This document shows, piece by piece, positions 1 to 10,061 of a stretch of 64,000 nucleotides of DNA. Within the stretch, counting starts at the first letter, position 1. Each line of letters begins with the position of its first letter. Origin of the DNA: Candidatus Zixiibacteriota bacterium (GTDB lineage Bacteria; Zixibacteria; MSB-5A5; UBA10806; 4484-95); NCBI GenBank assembly GCA_037441845.1, contig JBBIRK010000001.1, forward strand, positions 96,001 through 160,000, given 5' to 3'. The position numbers were made by a program, and so were the translations under genes. The notes below the pieces were generated by a model that was given only the letters and a program-made list of their open reading frames with translations, was not told the DNA's origin and ran no database searches.

Positions 1-75
1 TCCACAAATCCAACTGCGTCGCCGATGTATGCGGCATGGCCACAAGCGTAAAAACAAAGACTGTCAAAATCCGGA

Positions 76-1923
76 TCAATTCAGGCTCCTGTCAAGTCGA
101 GACAATAATTTTTCAGCCGATTCATATATTTCCTGCATCTGCTTTTTCTCCGGTTTTACGGGTGAATATCTGGCCGAATCGCAGGCGTTCACAAGTTTTT
201 CCAAGTCAGAGACTAAGTCACCGCATTTGCCCGTGTCAGTAAGCAATTTCAGCATGGCTTGGGTCGTCAATCCGGCGGCGCTGACATTCAACTTATCGGC
301 CACGAAACCGACCACGCCGGTGTAGATACTCGAGAAAAAGCGTTCTGGATCGTTCAGTGATTCCCGGGCTGATTTAAGAGCTTTCCGAGCGGCCTTTGAG
401 GCATACGAACGTCTGGCGAAAGCTTGATCGTTTTCCAATCGTTTCTTGCGGGCGGAATAGATAGTTAATCCGGTCAGCCAGGCGATGGGAAATATCTGCA
501 TATACCAGAAAGTCGAATTTCCATAAAGCGGTTTGCTCGGGCGGGATTCGTTAAGCTCCGTAATTATATAGTTAAGCCCCGTCTTCTCGGTACCTATGAT
601 ATTTCTGGCTATGCTCAAAGGATTTTCCGCGATTGCTGCCGAGCGGCCAACTTTCACCGCACCGGCCTTTTTATTGAGAGTGATATATTTGCCCTGTTGT
701 GGATCGAAATACGAAAACGAAATATCCGGTAACTCATACTCCCCAGGTGCCGTCGGTATAAGCACCCATTCGAAATTCTTGGATCCGGAAATGAGGTAAT
801 CGTTTTTCGAAATGTTTTCGCTGCTTCCGGAATCGTACAGGCGGAAATTCTCGGGTTGTCTCAATTCGAGTTGAGGAAGCTTCTTCATATTGCCCACGCC
901 GGCGATCGAGGCTTTCAGAGTAACCGGCTGATCGACGACTACGGAGTCACGATCCTTTGACACGCTCAAAGAATACCTCCCGACTGCACCAGAAAAATCG
1001 GCCGGCTTTCCGTTTTCGGGAAGCTGCCGCACTTCCAACACGAGACTCGAAGTCCGCAAAACCTGTTCGCGCTGGGGGGCTCTTCGCCTTTGACCGAACA
1101 TGCCGAAGGGATCGTCGAAGAAACTATCGAAAAAACCGAAGGCGTCGGCGGGAATGACCAATTCGGCGGGATCGATCACATGGCGCCCGGGCGTCGTCGG
1201 GAAAAGAGCACGCCTTATTTCGGTAACTCGATATACTTTGCCGTTGATCGTGGTAGTATAAGATTTATTCGGCGGCAAATCCTCGATCCAAAAACCGGAG
1301 TAATCGGGCCACTTGAGAGTCGGCTGCTGAAAGAGATTCTGCGCTTGATAGAAACGGAATGTCAAAGTTACTTGCTGGCCGACGTAAGGGCGCGAATTGT
1401 CGACCGATTGTTCGACGAAAAAATCCTGACCGGCTCTTGTTCCTGCCGGCTGCTGGGTCTTGGCCTGCGGCTTTTGCGGCGATGGAGGTTGAGCCGTCGA
1501 TTGCCGGACCTCGATCTTGATTGGCTCCGTGGAGTAGGTATTGCCTTGATATTGAACCACGGCCGGTTGAATCGTGATTATTCCGATCTTACGCGGAACC
1601 AATACGTAGCTGTAAGTTATTTGATTTACGAATGACCCGATCCCGATCGAAAAATTGGAACTCGTTCCCGACGAATAAACTTCGAAATCGGACAAGTCCG
1701 GTAATATCGGTTTGGGCAAAGATCTGACGGTTCCCGATAATGAAACGGTCAAATTGATCGATTCACCGAGATCGACCACGGTGCGATCGACCTCGGCGGT
1801 TATCTTGATGTCCTGCGCCACCAACGCTGATGTCAGGGCGAGAACGATCAGTACGCTACCAATCGCGAGACGAACCTGCTTTGACTTTGAACCGGCGCAA
1901 TTTTTCCTGTATCTGTCTTTCAT
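76..1923 (-). CDS. batD: BatD family protein (oxygen-tolerance/Bat operon); true start probably downstream of 1923
   Basis: Signal peptide, repeated Ig-like BatD domains (PYVGQQV, FSGAVG, FSYFDP), C-terminal TM helix; follows batA-batB-batC. Confidence 0.85.
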   Translation of the reverse strand: MKDRYRKNCAGSKSKQVRLAIGSVLIVLALTSALVAQDIKITAEVDRTVVDLGESINLTVSLSGTVRSLPKPILPDLSDFEVYSSGTSSNFSIGIGSFVNQITYSYVLVPRKIGIITIQPAVVQYQGNTYSTEPIKIEVRQSTAQPPSPQKPQAKTQQPAGTRAGQDFFVEQSVDNSRPYVGQQVTLTFRFYQAQNLFQQPTLKWPDYSGFWIEDLPPNKSYTTTINGKVYRVTEIRRALFPTTPGRHVIDPAELVIPADAFGFFDSFFDDPFGMFGQRRRAPQREQVLRTSSLVLEVRQLPENGKPADFSGAVGRYSLSVSKDRDSVVVDQPVTLKASIAGVGNMKKLPQLELRQPENFRLYDSGSSENISKNDYLISGSKNFEWVLIPTAPGEYELPDISFSYFDPQQGKYITLNKKAGAVKVGRSAAIAENPLSIARNIIGTEKTGLNYIITELNESRPSKPLYGNSTFWYMQIFPIAWLTGLTIYSARKKRLENDQAFARRSYASKAARKALKSARESLNDPERFFSSIYTGVVGFVADKLNVSAAGLTTQAMLKLLTDTGKCGDLVSDLEKLVNACDSARYSPVKPEKKQMQEIYESAEKLLSRLDRSLN

Positions 1924-2614
1924 CGTCTTTGAACGCTCCCAATAACTCCTTGGCCTCTTTTTTGCTTAGTTCCTCACCGGAACGCAGAGCCGATTGATCT
2001 TTATTTTCAGCTTCGGATTTTCCCTGTTCGCGGTTTTTATCCGATTGCGACCGTTGATCTCGGTTATCTTCACTGGATTGATTTTCCTGAGGATTATCCG
2101 CTTTATCGTTTCCGTTTTGATTTTGTTTCTCTTGGTTTTGGTCCTGATTTTGACCTTGTTGCTTCTGATCTTGCCGCTGTTGATTTTGTTGCTGTTGCTG
2201 CATACGTAACAGCGAAAGTTCGTAGTTGAATCGGGCGTCATTATCGGCGGGATTTTCGGCCAAAGCCGCCTTGAACGCCTCAGCTGCTTTTGCGAAATCC
2301 TGGTTTTTGAACAGCGCATTCCCGAGATTATATTGCGACCTGCTTTTATTTGCCTGTTCCGCTTTGGCGGCAGCGGCTGCAAAACGGTCGGCGGCCTTGG
2401 CGTATTCTCCGGCTTTATATTGCGCTGCCCCGAGATTGAAAGAAGCTTTATCGTCATCGGGTCTGACAACCTCCGCCTGTTGGAAATTTTCGGCTGCCTT
2501 CCGATAATCGCCGGATTTGTAATTCTTCATCCCCTCGCTCATGAGTCCTCGAAAATCATCCGCGGCGGCGATACCGATGGAAAAAAGCACTGAAATCATG
2601 ATTTTACGCAACAT
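1856..2614 (-). CDS. batC: BatC-like TPR protein with Q/N-rich linker
   Basis: TPRs (FNLGAAQY, YNLGNALF, ARFNYEL), poly-Q region, C-terminal 'RDW'; ATG at 2614 precedes the signal peptide. Confidence 0.8.
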   Translation of the reverse strand: MLRKIMISVLFSIGIAAADDFRGLMSEGMKNYKSGDYRKAAENFQQAEVVRPDDDKASFNLGAAQYKAGEYAKAADRFAAAAAKAEQANKSRSQYNLGNALFKNQDFAKAAEAFKAALAENPADNDARFNYELSLLRMQQQQQNQQRQDQKQQGQNQDQNQEKQNQNGNDKADNPQENQSSEDNRDQRSQSDKNREQGKSEAENKDQSALRSGEELSKKEAKELLGAFKDDERQIQEKLRRFKVKAGSSRDW

Positions 2615-3605
2615 TTTTTCTTCGCTCCCCGATAAACATCGCAGCAACCATCATAAATAAACCGGGAATCAAGAAATACTGGTAAACCTCGTTGTAAATT
2701 CGTTTGAATGTTCCCTCGGTTTCGCCTTTTTTGAAACCCCTTATCCTATCGGCAAGCTCGTCTATTTCGTGCTCGCCGGGTGTGGCGATATAGGTTGACC
2801 CTGATGCGGTTTCGGCGATATCAGCCAAGAGCTGCTGGTTGAGTTTGGACAAGACAAGTTGTCCGGATGAATCTTTCTTATAGTCGGCTATCGAGCCGTC
2901 GGCGTTGCGGATAGGGATCGGTTCACCCTTGGAGGTCCCGACGCCTATGGTGAATATGCGAAAATCGTCCTTATATTTTCTGGCCGCGCCGACCGCATCA
3001 CCATCCTGATTTTCGCCGTCGGTAAAAATCACCAGCACTTTATCGGCATCGTCCGCGGGGAAACAACCGGCGGCTGTTTCGATCGCCTTTTCGATATTGG
3101 TCCCCGTATCGGAAATGATCCCCACTTTTATGATGTTCAAAAACATCTTGACCGCGCTGTGATCGGCAGTCAGCGGACACTGCACGAAAGCTTGACCGGA
3201 AAAAGCGATAAGGCCGAAATTCTCGGCGGGCAGCTTATCCAAAAGCGCCAGAATCTCTCGACGGGCTTTTTCGAGGCGATTAGGATAAAAGTCGGCCGCC
3301 AACATCGAAAGCGAAACATCGAGAGCGACCATCACATGGCTACCGCTGGTCTTGATTTTGACCAACTCCGACCCATACTGAGGACGCGCCAAAGCCAGAA
3401 TTAGCAATCCCAGGCCGAATAAAAACAGCAAATTCCTCATCATCCGACGAGCTTCCGAACGCCCGGCTCCTACTAAGCCGGCGATCGCGCTGCCCCCGAG
3501 CAGTTTCAATTTCCTGCGCACGATTCCACCACCGAGTAAAAATATAAAGGCGAAAATCGGCAGTGTCAGCAGCAGGTATAGCGCATTTTCGTTGACGAAT
3601 CTCAA
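2604..3605 (-). CDS. batB: BatB-like VWA domain membrane protein
   Basis: LARPQYG, MIDAS DVSLS, FTDGE, IGVGT..GEPIP. Confidence 0.85.
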   Translation of the reverse strand: MRFVNENALYLLLTLPIFAFIFLLGGGIVRRKLKLLGGSAIAGLVGAGRSEARRMMRNLLFLFGLGLLILALARPQYGSELVKIKTSGSHVMVALDVSLSMLAADFYPNRLEKARREILALLDKLPAENFGLIAFSGQAFVQCPLTADHSAVKMFLNIIKVGIISDTGTNIEKAIETAAGCFPADDADKVLVIFTDGENQDGDAVGAARKYKDDFRIFTIGVGTSKGEPIPIRNADGSIADYKKDSSGQLVLSKLNQQLLADIAETASGSTYIATPGEHEIDELADRIRGFKKGETEGTFKRIYNEVYQYFLIPGLFMMVAAMFIGERRKNVA

Positions 3606-4594
3606 GGAATGCTCCTTGCCACCAGGTTGCCTATTATAAACTCGAGCGAAAATACCGCGAGGGAAATTATCAAGAAAATTTCGTAATGTTCTTCATGCTC
3701 ATAATATTCTTTTATTTCTATCTTGGATTTTTCGAGCCGGGAAATTTGGTCGTAAATCTGGCCTAACATCTGGGCATCGCGCGCCCGATAAAATCGACCG
3801 CCGGTAATATCCGCGATTTTTTGAAGAATTTTTTCATCGACATCCGACTGCATCTTGACATATCGTCTTCCGAATATCGGATCATCGACCGGTATATCAA
3901 CCAATCCCTCTCGACCGGCTCCGATCGTATAAACCTTGATACCGAGTGCGGAAATCGCTTTGGCCGCGGTCAACGGATCGATTTCGCCGGCGTTATTGGC
4001 TCCGTCCGTCAAGAGTATCATCACCTTGCTCTTGGCATCCGATTCGATCATCCGGTTGGCGGCAGTGGCCAGCGCCAGCCCTATCGCAGTTCCGTCATCG
4101 ACCATACCGAAATCAACCATATCTAAAAATCGGCGGAGCAAATTGAGATCCGCTGTCAGCGGACACTGAGTGAACGCTTGTCGAGAAAACACGACAAGTC
4201 CGATCCTATCCCCCTGTCTGCCCTCGATGAATTTGGAAATCACTTCTTTGGCGATCGCCAGCCTATTATACGGCTTGAAATCCTCCGCCCTCATGCTTCC
4301 GGAAGTGTCCAGTATCAGCATGATATCTATCCCCTCGGAAAAAACCTGTTTCTGCCCGAAACTGGTTTGAGGGCGGGCCGCAGCCAAAATCGCAATGCTG
4401 ATCGCCGCCGCCGACAGCCAAGGCCTTGCTTTCTGAAATCGACAACGGATTGTCTGTCGCGCGTTCGAAAAAAGCGACAGATCCGAAAAAGCCATCGCCG
4501 CAGGACGCAGATATCGCCGGTAAAAGTAAAACACCAGATAGCCGATCGGGAATATCAATAAAACCAGCCAGTATGGATCGGCGAACTTGATCAT
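3602..4594 (-). CDS. batA: BatA-like VWA domain membrane protein
   Basis: AARPQ, GIDIMLILDTSGSM, GTAIG, LLTDGANNAG. Confidence 0.88.
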   Translation of the reverse strand: MIKFADPYWLVLLIFPIGYLVFYFYRRYLRPAAMAFSDLSLFSNARQTIRCRFQKARPWLSAAAISIAILAAARPQTSFGQKQVFSEGIDIMLILDTSGSMRAEDFKPYNRLAIAKEVISKFIEGRQGDRIGLVVFSRQAFTQCPLTADLNLLRRFLDMVDFGMVDDGTAIGLALATAANRMIESDAKSKVMILLTDGANNAGEIDPLTAAKAISALGIKVYTIGAGREGLVDIPVDDPIFGRRYVKMQSDVDEKILQKIADITGGRFYRARDAQMLGQIYDQISRLEKSKIEIKEYYEHEEHYEIFLIISLAVFSLEFIIGNLVARSIP

Positions 4595-5544
4595 TTCACC
4601 ACCTCGACTTCCACTGCCACCGGTTTCGTCTCCATGATGAACGACTTAACGGCATCGAAATCAGAATTCGCGTGGTTGGCGTCGGGAAGGTATTTCGCGA
4701 ACTTAACCAGATCCGCCCGCATCAGCACCGATAGCGCCGCGTCAGCTTGAACCCGTGGCAGGTCATCGTGTCTAAGAGAACGCTTGAGCTCCAACGTGGT
4801 CGACTCAATTGCGGCTATGCCGAATCTTCCCTCGATATAGTTACGCAATATAAGCGTCAATTCGATATAATACTGTTTGAAATTACCTTTTTCGATCAAC
4901 CCGGCTGCGGCGAGTGCGTTCAGTCTGCGCAGGGCGATCTCATAGGGGGACTCAGCGGGGACATCGGGCAAAGGCATGCGAAGCAAACGGCGTTTATAGA
5001 GCCAATAGCCGGCGGCAAGCGATCCAACCGCCGCCAGTATAATTACCGCGATCAACCATCTCCTGCCCGGCAACTCCTGCGGACCGACTATATCTTTTAT
5101 GTCCAGCCCCGCGGTATCGGCCGGAAGAACGGATTTCACGAATATGCTTCCCGGTTTTGCGAAAACGGTCATGACCGAATCGACGGAATCATGCCAGACA
5201 AATTCCAAATCCGGAAGCTCTTGGGCTCCGGAGACAAACGGTGAGCCTACGAATTCGTACTTATCCTCGAGCGATCCGGAAACCTGTTTCGAAGAGAGCA
5301 AACGGGCTTCTTTCATTAAAAATCGGCCGTCGGATTTCACCTCGGCAGGCTGATGTAATTTGGTTCCGGCGGGATAAATTGCGGTGACCGCGATAACCAA
5401 TTCCTCTCCGATAAGAAGAGAATCTCTCGACCGGGTAATTTTGAATTCGACAGGAATATCCCCAGACGGATCTCCGGCGGCCGGAGCTGCGCCGCACAAT
5501 AAAACGGCAACCAGAACACTTTTAAGGGCAAGCGATTTCATCAT
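4591..5544 (-). CDS. Bat-operon membrane protein (BatD-like Ig domain plus TM, DUF4381-like)
   Basis: Signal peptide, DIKDI, TM helix, 'LRNYIEGRFGI..ESTT' and 'ADLVKFAK' motifs typical of the gene between DUF58 and batA. Confidence 0.7.
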   Translation of the reverse strand: MMKSLALKSVLVAVLLCGAAPAAGDPSGDIPVEFKITRSRDSLLIGEELVIAVTAIYPAGTKLHQPAEVKSDGRFLMKEARLLSSKQVSGSLEDKYEFVGSPFVSGAQELPDLEFVWHDSVDSVMTVFAKPGSIFVKSVLPADTAGLDIKDIVGPQELPGRRWLIAVIILAAVGSLAAGYWLYKRRLLRMPLPDVPAESPYEIALRRLNALAAAGLIEKGNFKQYYIELTLILRNYIEGRFGIAAIESTTLELKRSLRHDDLPRVQADAALSVLMRADLVKFAKYLPDANHANSDFDAVKSFIMETKPVAVEVEVVK

Positions 5545-5554
5545 AGGTAATTTA

Positions 5555-6436
5555 TCAACGACGAAGACGCCTTGCCCTTTTTTCGAAAAGCTTAATAAGC
5601 GGTTCGGCATAATCTTCACGAGTATTGATATCCGCGTAGTCGATATTGTGACCGAGGAAAATCTGCCGCATCTTGGCGATCCTATCGGCGGCGGCTAATG
5701 CGAATCTTCTCCGGTTTTCCTTGTCGTAAAGATCGATCGTCATTTCGCCGCCGGTTTCCAGGTCGATAAGGTTAATTAGCCCCGAGGACGGCCAAACTCG
5801 TTCGATGGGATCGAATACCCTGACGGCGACCATGTCGTGTTTATTCGAAATTATGCTCAGCTGTTTCTCGAATCCGCTGTCAAAAAAATCGGAAATCAGG
5901 AATATCACGCTTCTTTTTTTGATCGCATTCAGTAAATAAGCGAGAGCATCGGCGATACCGGTTTTTCGACCGGTCGGCGTGTAATAAAGAACGTCGCGTA
6001 TAATTCTCAGCACGTGACGGCGGCCCTTACGCGGCGGAATAAATTTCTCGATTCGATCCGTGAATAACAACAGCCCCACCTTATCGTTGTTTTTGATTGC
6101 GGCGAAAGCCAAAAGAGCGGCCAATTCCGCCGAGACGTCGCGACGAAACGCGTTTCCGCTGCCGAACAGTCCGGAGGCCGACAAGTCAACCGCGATTACC
6201 ACGGTCAATTCCCGCTCCTCACGGAATACTTTCACGAAAGGACGATCATAACGTGCGGTCACGTTCCAATCGATAGTCCGGATATCGTCTCCCGGTATAT
6301 AATCCCGCACCTCGGAAAACTCCATTCCTCGACCGCGAAAACTCGAATGATATTCGCCGGAAAAGATATCATTGACCAGGCGCGAGGTGGTGATTTCTAT
6401 CCGCCTGATTTTTTTCAAGACTTCGCGCGGCAACAT
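5555..6436 (-). CDS. DUF58 domain protein (MoxR partner)
   Basis: GEYHSSFRGRGMEFSEVRDYIPGDDIRTIDWNVTAR; FLISDF. Confidence 0.93.
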   Translation of the reverse strand: MLPREVLKKIRRIEITTSRLVNDIFSGEYHSSFRGRGMEFSEVRDYIPGDDIRTIDWNVTARYDRPFVKVFREERELTVVIAVDLSASGLFGSGNAFRRDVSAELAALLAFAAIKNNDKVGLLLFTDRIEKFIPPRKGRRHVLRIIRDVLYYTPTGRKTGIADALAYLLNAIKKRSVIFLISDFFDSGFEKQLSIISNKHDMVAVRVFDPIERVWPSSGLINLIDLETGGEMTIDLYDKENRRRFALAAADRIAKMRQIFLGHNIDYADINTREDYAEPLIKLFEKRARRLRR

Positions 6437-6439
6437 CGC

Positions 6440-7420
6440 TTACGGCACCTCGACCGCGTTGAATATTTTTTGAACTATCGCGTCACTTTCGATCTCTTCC
6501 GCTTCGGCTTCATAACTCAATATTATCCGGTGGCGCAAGACATCGGGGCCGATCGACTTGACATCATCGGGAGTTACATAAGCCCTTCCTTGCAGAAATG
6601 CATAAGCCCTGGCCGCCACATTCAAATAAATCGTGGCTCTGGGCGAAGCGCCATAGGCTATCAGGTCAGCGGCATCGATCTTGTAATCGGCGGGGCGGCG
6701 GCTGGCCATGACGATGTCAACTATATAATGCTTGACCTTTTCATCGACATAAATCTGCCCGATAATTTCCCGGCAGGCCAAGATATCCTCCGGCGTAACC
6801 ACGGGAGCCAACGCCTTGATTTCCCGGGCCGCCATTCTCTCCTGAATTTTCAATTCCTCTTCGCGGCTCGGATAGCTGATTTTAAGTTTCAACATGAAAC
6901 GATCGACCTGCGCCTCCGGCAGAGGATAGGTTCCCTCCTGCTCGATCGGATTTTGGGTCGCCAAAACCAAAAAAGGAGACGGCAGCGGGAAAGTATTATC
7001 TCCGATAGTGACCTGCCTTTCCTGCATCGCCTCGAGAAGTGCGGATTGCACTTTGGCCGGCGCCCGATTGATTTCATCGGCCAGAATAAGGTTCGCGAAA
7101 ATCGGACCTTTGCGGGTTTCGAACTTTCCATTTTGATAAATCATGGTGCCGGTCAAATCGCCCGGCAGAAGATCGGGAGTGAATTGAATTCTCTTGAAAC
7201 TGGCCTGGATCGTTTGCGCCAGGCTTTTGGCGGCAAGCGTCTTGGCGAGTCCGGGTACACCCTCGATCAATATATGCCCGTCGGCAAGCAGACCTATAAG
7301 CAACCGTTCCACCATATATTTCTGGCCGACTATGACCTTGCCGATTTCATCGGTCAGGCGGCCGATAAAGGCGGCTTTTTTTTCGATCGACTCCTGCACC
7401 CGTTGTATTTCCAAATTCAT
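6440..7420 (-). CDS. moxR: MoxR family AAA+ ATPase
   Basis: GVPGLAKT, RIQFTPDLLP, DEINRAPAKVQSALLEAM, ATQNPIEQEGTYPLPEAQ; GGAGG upstream of ATG 7420. Confidence 0.95.
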   Translation of the reverse strand: MNLEIQRVQESIEKKAAFIGRLTDEIGKVIVGQKYMVERLLIGLLADGHILIEGVPGLAKTLAAKSLAQTIQASFKRIQFTPDLLPGDLTGTMIYQNGKFETRKGPIFANLILADEINRAPAKVQSALLEAMQERQVTIGDNTFPLPSPFLVLATQNPIEQEGTYPLPEAQVDRFMLKLKISYPSREEELKIQERMAAREIKALAPVVTPEDILACREIIGQIYVDEKVKHYIVDIVMASRRPADYKIDAADLIAYGASPRATIYLNVAARAYAFLQGRAYVTPDDVKSIGPDVLRHRIILSYEAEAEEIESDAIVQKIFNAVEVP

Positions 7421-7522
7421 AAGACCTCCAATTTTGGAAAATATTACACCGTAGACTCGTTTATGTTCCACCCAACGTGGACGAAATTTCGTCGAGTTCC
7501 GCCGAGTTCTGCTTTGTTTTTT

Positions 7523-8365
7523 TCATAATCCGTAGCCTCGACTGCCGAGATAAAGCGCGACCAAACCGAACGGCATTATCATTTTAAGTATTCGTGATAA
7601 CACCCGAAATTCCACCGAACTACGCGAGCGCAACAGCATGATGACGACGAATACGAGCGGCAAATCGACCGCCGCAATCACCACGACCAGATATAAGCCC
7701 CCGTAAAGACCGATTAAAAACGGAACAGGGGTCAAAATCAACAAGGTAAGTCCAACGGCGATAGCGAAATTGCGGGAGACATTCAACCCATACTTGACCG
7801 CCCCTGTCCTTATTGAAAAGCTGCTGTCGTCCGGAAAATCCTCCATATCTTTGGTTATCTCGCGCATCAGATGCAGTGCGAATGCGAAAAGCGAAGGGAA
7901 AAACGATCCCGATAGATTGCCCACGGCAAGTCCTCCGAAGGGGAAGGCGCTGGCACAGATCAAAGCGATAAGAATGTTTCCCAAGTATCCGCGCCCTTTG
8001 AAAATCGGAGTATAAAGCCAAAGCAGAACAGCGTTGGCAACAGCAAGCACGCAACAATATCGGCCGACAAAGCAGGCTGATATTACTCCGGCCGAAACGA
8101 ATATGGCGGCGGCGATTCTTGCGCTCTTGACGGATAACCGGGCCGACGCCAGCGGACGATAGCCTTTGGATTTCTTATCGAGCTTAAGGTCATATAAATC
8201 ATTCGCTATATTTCCGAAGGCGGCGATAAAACCGGCTGCCAGACCGGCGAGCAGAAGCTTTCCCGAATACAGATTGGGCAAACAGATGACTCCGCCGGCA
8301 TAAACCGCAATAATGGTTATGATGACGTTAGCCGGCCGGATCACGGCTATCCAATGCTTAATCAA
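7523..8365 (-). CDS. UbiA-family prenyltransferase, DGGGP synthase-like
   Basis: IRPAN, GNIANDLYD..LD....RPL, GNILIA, REITKDMED motifs; many TM helices. Confidence 0.8.
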   Translation of the reverse strand: MIKHWIAVIRPANVIITIIAVYAGGVICLPNLYSGKLLLAGLAAGFIAAFGNIANDLYDLKLDKKSKGYRPLASARLSVKSARIAAAIFVSAGVISACFVGRYCCVLAVANAVLLWLYTPIFKGRGYLGNILIALICASAFPFGGLAVGNLSGSFFPSLFAFALHLMREITKDMEDFPDDSSFSIRTGAVKYGLNVSRNFAIAVGLTLLILTPVPFLIGLYGGLYLVVVIAAVDLPLVFVVIMLLRSRSSVEFRVLSRILKMIMPFGLVALYLGSRGYGL

Positions 8366-10061
8366 ACTCCGTCCTTATAGCGAAATGAATTCTGGCTTCG
8401 GTCACATTTTCTCCGGCAGGGAAACCGATTTCGAGGATTGCCATACCCGGTGCAATCCTGGAAGCAATTCCTGCGCCGAAACCGGTCTTAAATAATGTTT
8501 CGGATGGGGTATGCGCCAGTATCGATTTCATATTGATCCCGGCCAGATCGGCAAAGATATATGCCCGGCCGTCTCGATGGTACAAATAACGATATTCGAT
8601 CGTGGCCACAGCGTATCTGGAGGCTCGAAATACATCCTGGTCGAACCCCCTCAAACTACCGGCGCCGCCCAGAGAAAATTGCCGATCTACGACCGACTTA
8701 TCGCCGAATATCGCTTTACCGACGATCTGGGCCATAACGATGGTGGAATATGTTATGGGCGCGAATTTGCCGGCCATTATCTCTATTTGGCGATAACTAT
8801 CGCCCGAGGAGTCTATCATTCCGCCATCATGTCGATTTTCAAAGAAAAATCGCCAATCCATTTTCATTACTTCCCCCCGACGGGGATTGTCGGAGTAATC
8901 GCGATTATCGGCATAAAATCCGAGCAGTAAATCGAGTTTGTCCTTCGGAGGGATGATGTTTCGGCCGTAGGATTCCGCTGAGATTTGCGCAGCGCCGAAA
9001 CCTATTCTGTAAGCATATCTCGACACCGTCGTCAGTTCGAGCGTCAGCCTCAAGCCGGTTTCGATATAGAGGCTATCGTAATCGAACTGGAAGGCATTTA
9101 TTTGGACGTTTACCGGCCAATTCATCACGGACGGCTCGAAATATCCTAATTCCTTGTTGCTTGAGTATTCATCTTTCCTGCTCCACTCCATCTTTAACTG
9201 ACGTCCCCTACCGAATATGTTGGATATCATCGCGTCTGCTTTTCCGAACAGCTTTTTTGTTTTCGAGGCTATTCCAACCATGCCTTCAATCTGCAAGGCG
9301 GGTCGCTCGGTGATCGGCAATTCAATGACTCCGTTTTGCGGATAACTTGAAAATTTCAGTTTGGGTTGACCTATGGATTTGAGAAAAGCCGCGCCATTAA
9401 GTCGCCTGGCGATCGATCTCATGCGTTTATTCGAATAGACTATCCCCGGTTGAAACAGGCAATACGTTTCGAGGAAAGCCTGATCGATTAAATGTCGGCC
9501 CGGAAAATTTAATCCATGAATCGTCACTTTCGGTCCTGGATTGACAATCGCCGTCACACGTAAGCGATTTTCCGGTATCTGCTGGAAATCGCCGAAACCG
9601 ATCTCGGCGTAGGGATAGCCGGCATTGGCAGCGCGCTCAAGTAATGCCATCGCGAGTTTCTCGATATTTGCCGAGGTGGCGGGCAAGTCGGTATAGTCTT
9701 GGCTCAACTCGTCGAAATCGAATAAACGCACGCTGTCCGATCCTGAAACCGCGATCGTCACCGAAAGCAGATACCTTGGTCCTCGGTTTATTATGAAGCT
9801 GAGATCGGCATGCGTCGGGCTGATTCGATAATTTACGGCTACCTGGCAATCGAAATATCCCTCGTCTTGGAATACGGAGACGATTTTCAGGGAATCGGAA
9901 CTAAGGCTGTCAGGTTGAAACGGCTTCCCCTCGGCATTGACAAAGTCGATCAGCCGCGGCAGAGGACCGTTCTCCATACTTATGTTTCGAACCGTTTGGC
10001 CGTTTGCGGTAATCTCACTCAGGCAGAATAACAGAAACAATATCGATACGAGCGTTTTCAA
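8358..10061 (-). CDS. BamA/TamA (Omp85) family outer-membrane protein with POTRA domains
   Basis: GYF/GYPYA POTRA motifs, NIFGRG, LGGAGSLRGF, EYRY, terminal aromatic. Confidence 0.85.
   Translation of the reverse strand: MKTLVSILFLLFCLSEITANGQTVRNISMENGPLPRLIDFVNAEGKPFQPDSLSSDSLKIVSVFQDEGYFDCQVAVNYRISPTHADLSFIINRGPRYLLSVTIAVSGSDSVRLFDFDELSQDYTDLPATSANIEKLAMALLERAANAGYPYAEIGFGDFQQIPENRLRVTAIVNPGPKVTIHGLNFPGRHLIDQAFLETYCLFQPGIVYSNKRMRSIARRLNGAAFLKSIGQPKLKFSSYPQNGVIELPITERPALQIEGMVGIASKTKKLFGKADAMISNIFGRGRQLKMEWSRKDEYSSNKELGYFEPSVMNWPVNVQINAFQFDYDSLYIETGLRLTLELTTVSRYAYRIGFGAAQISAESYGRNIIPPKDKLDLLLGFYADNRDYSDNPRRGEVMKMDWRFFFENRHDGGMIDSSGDSYRQIEIMAGKFAPITYSTIVMAQIVGKAIFGDKSVVDRQFSLGGAGSLRGFDQDVFRASRYAVATIEYRYLYHRDGRAYIFADLAGINMKSILAHTPSETLFKTGFGAGIASRIAPGMAILEIGFPAGENVTEARIHFAIRTEFD

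Noticed and set aside
2000..2205. Low-complexity repeat-like DNA
   Set aside because: It encodes the usual Q/N-rich linker of BatC and is not a repeat array or CRISPR
7480..7493. Perfect palindrome GACGAAATTTCGTC upstream of moxR
   Set aside because: Single occurrence with no U-tract or supporting context; could be chance
6347..7528. Long plus-strand ORFs (also 23845-24903, 26049-27092, 29999-30823)
   Set aside because: Antisense shadows of well-supported genes (moxR, porU, aldolase, nadB) with no recognisable motifs
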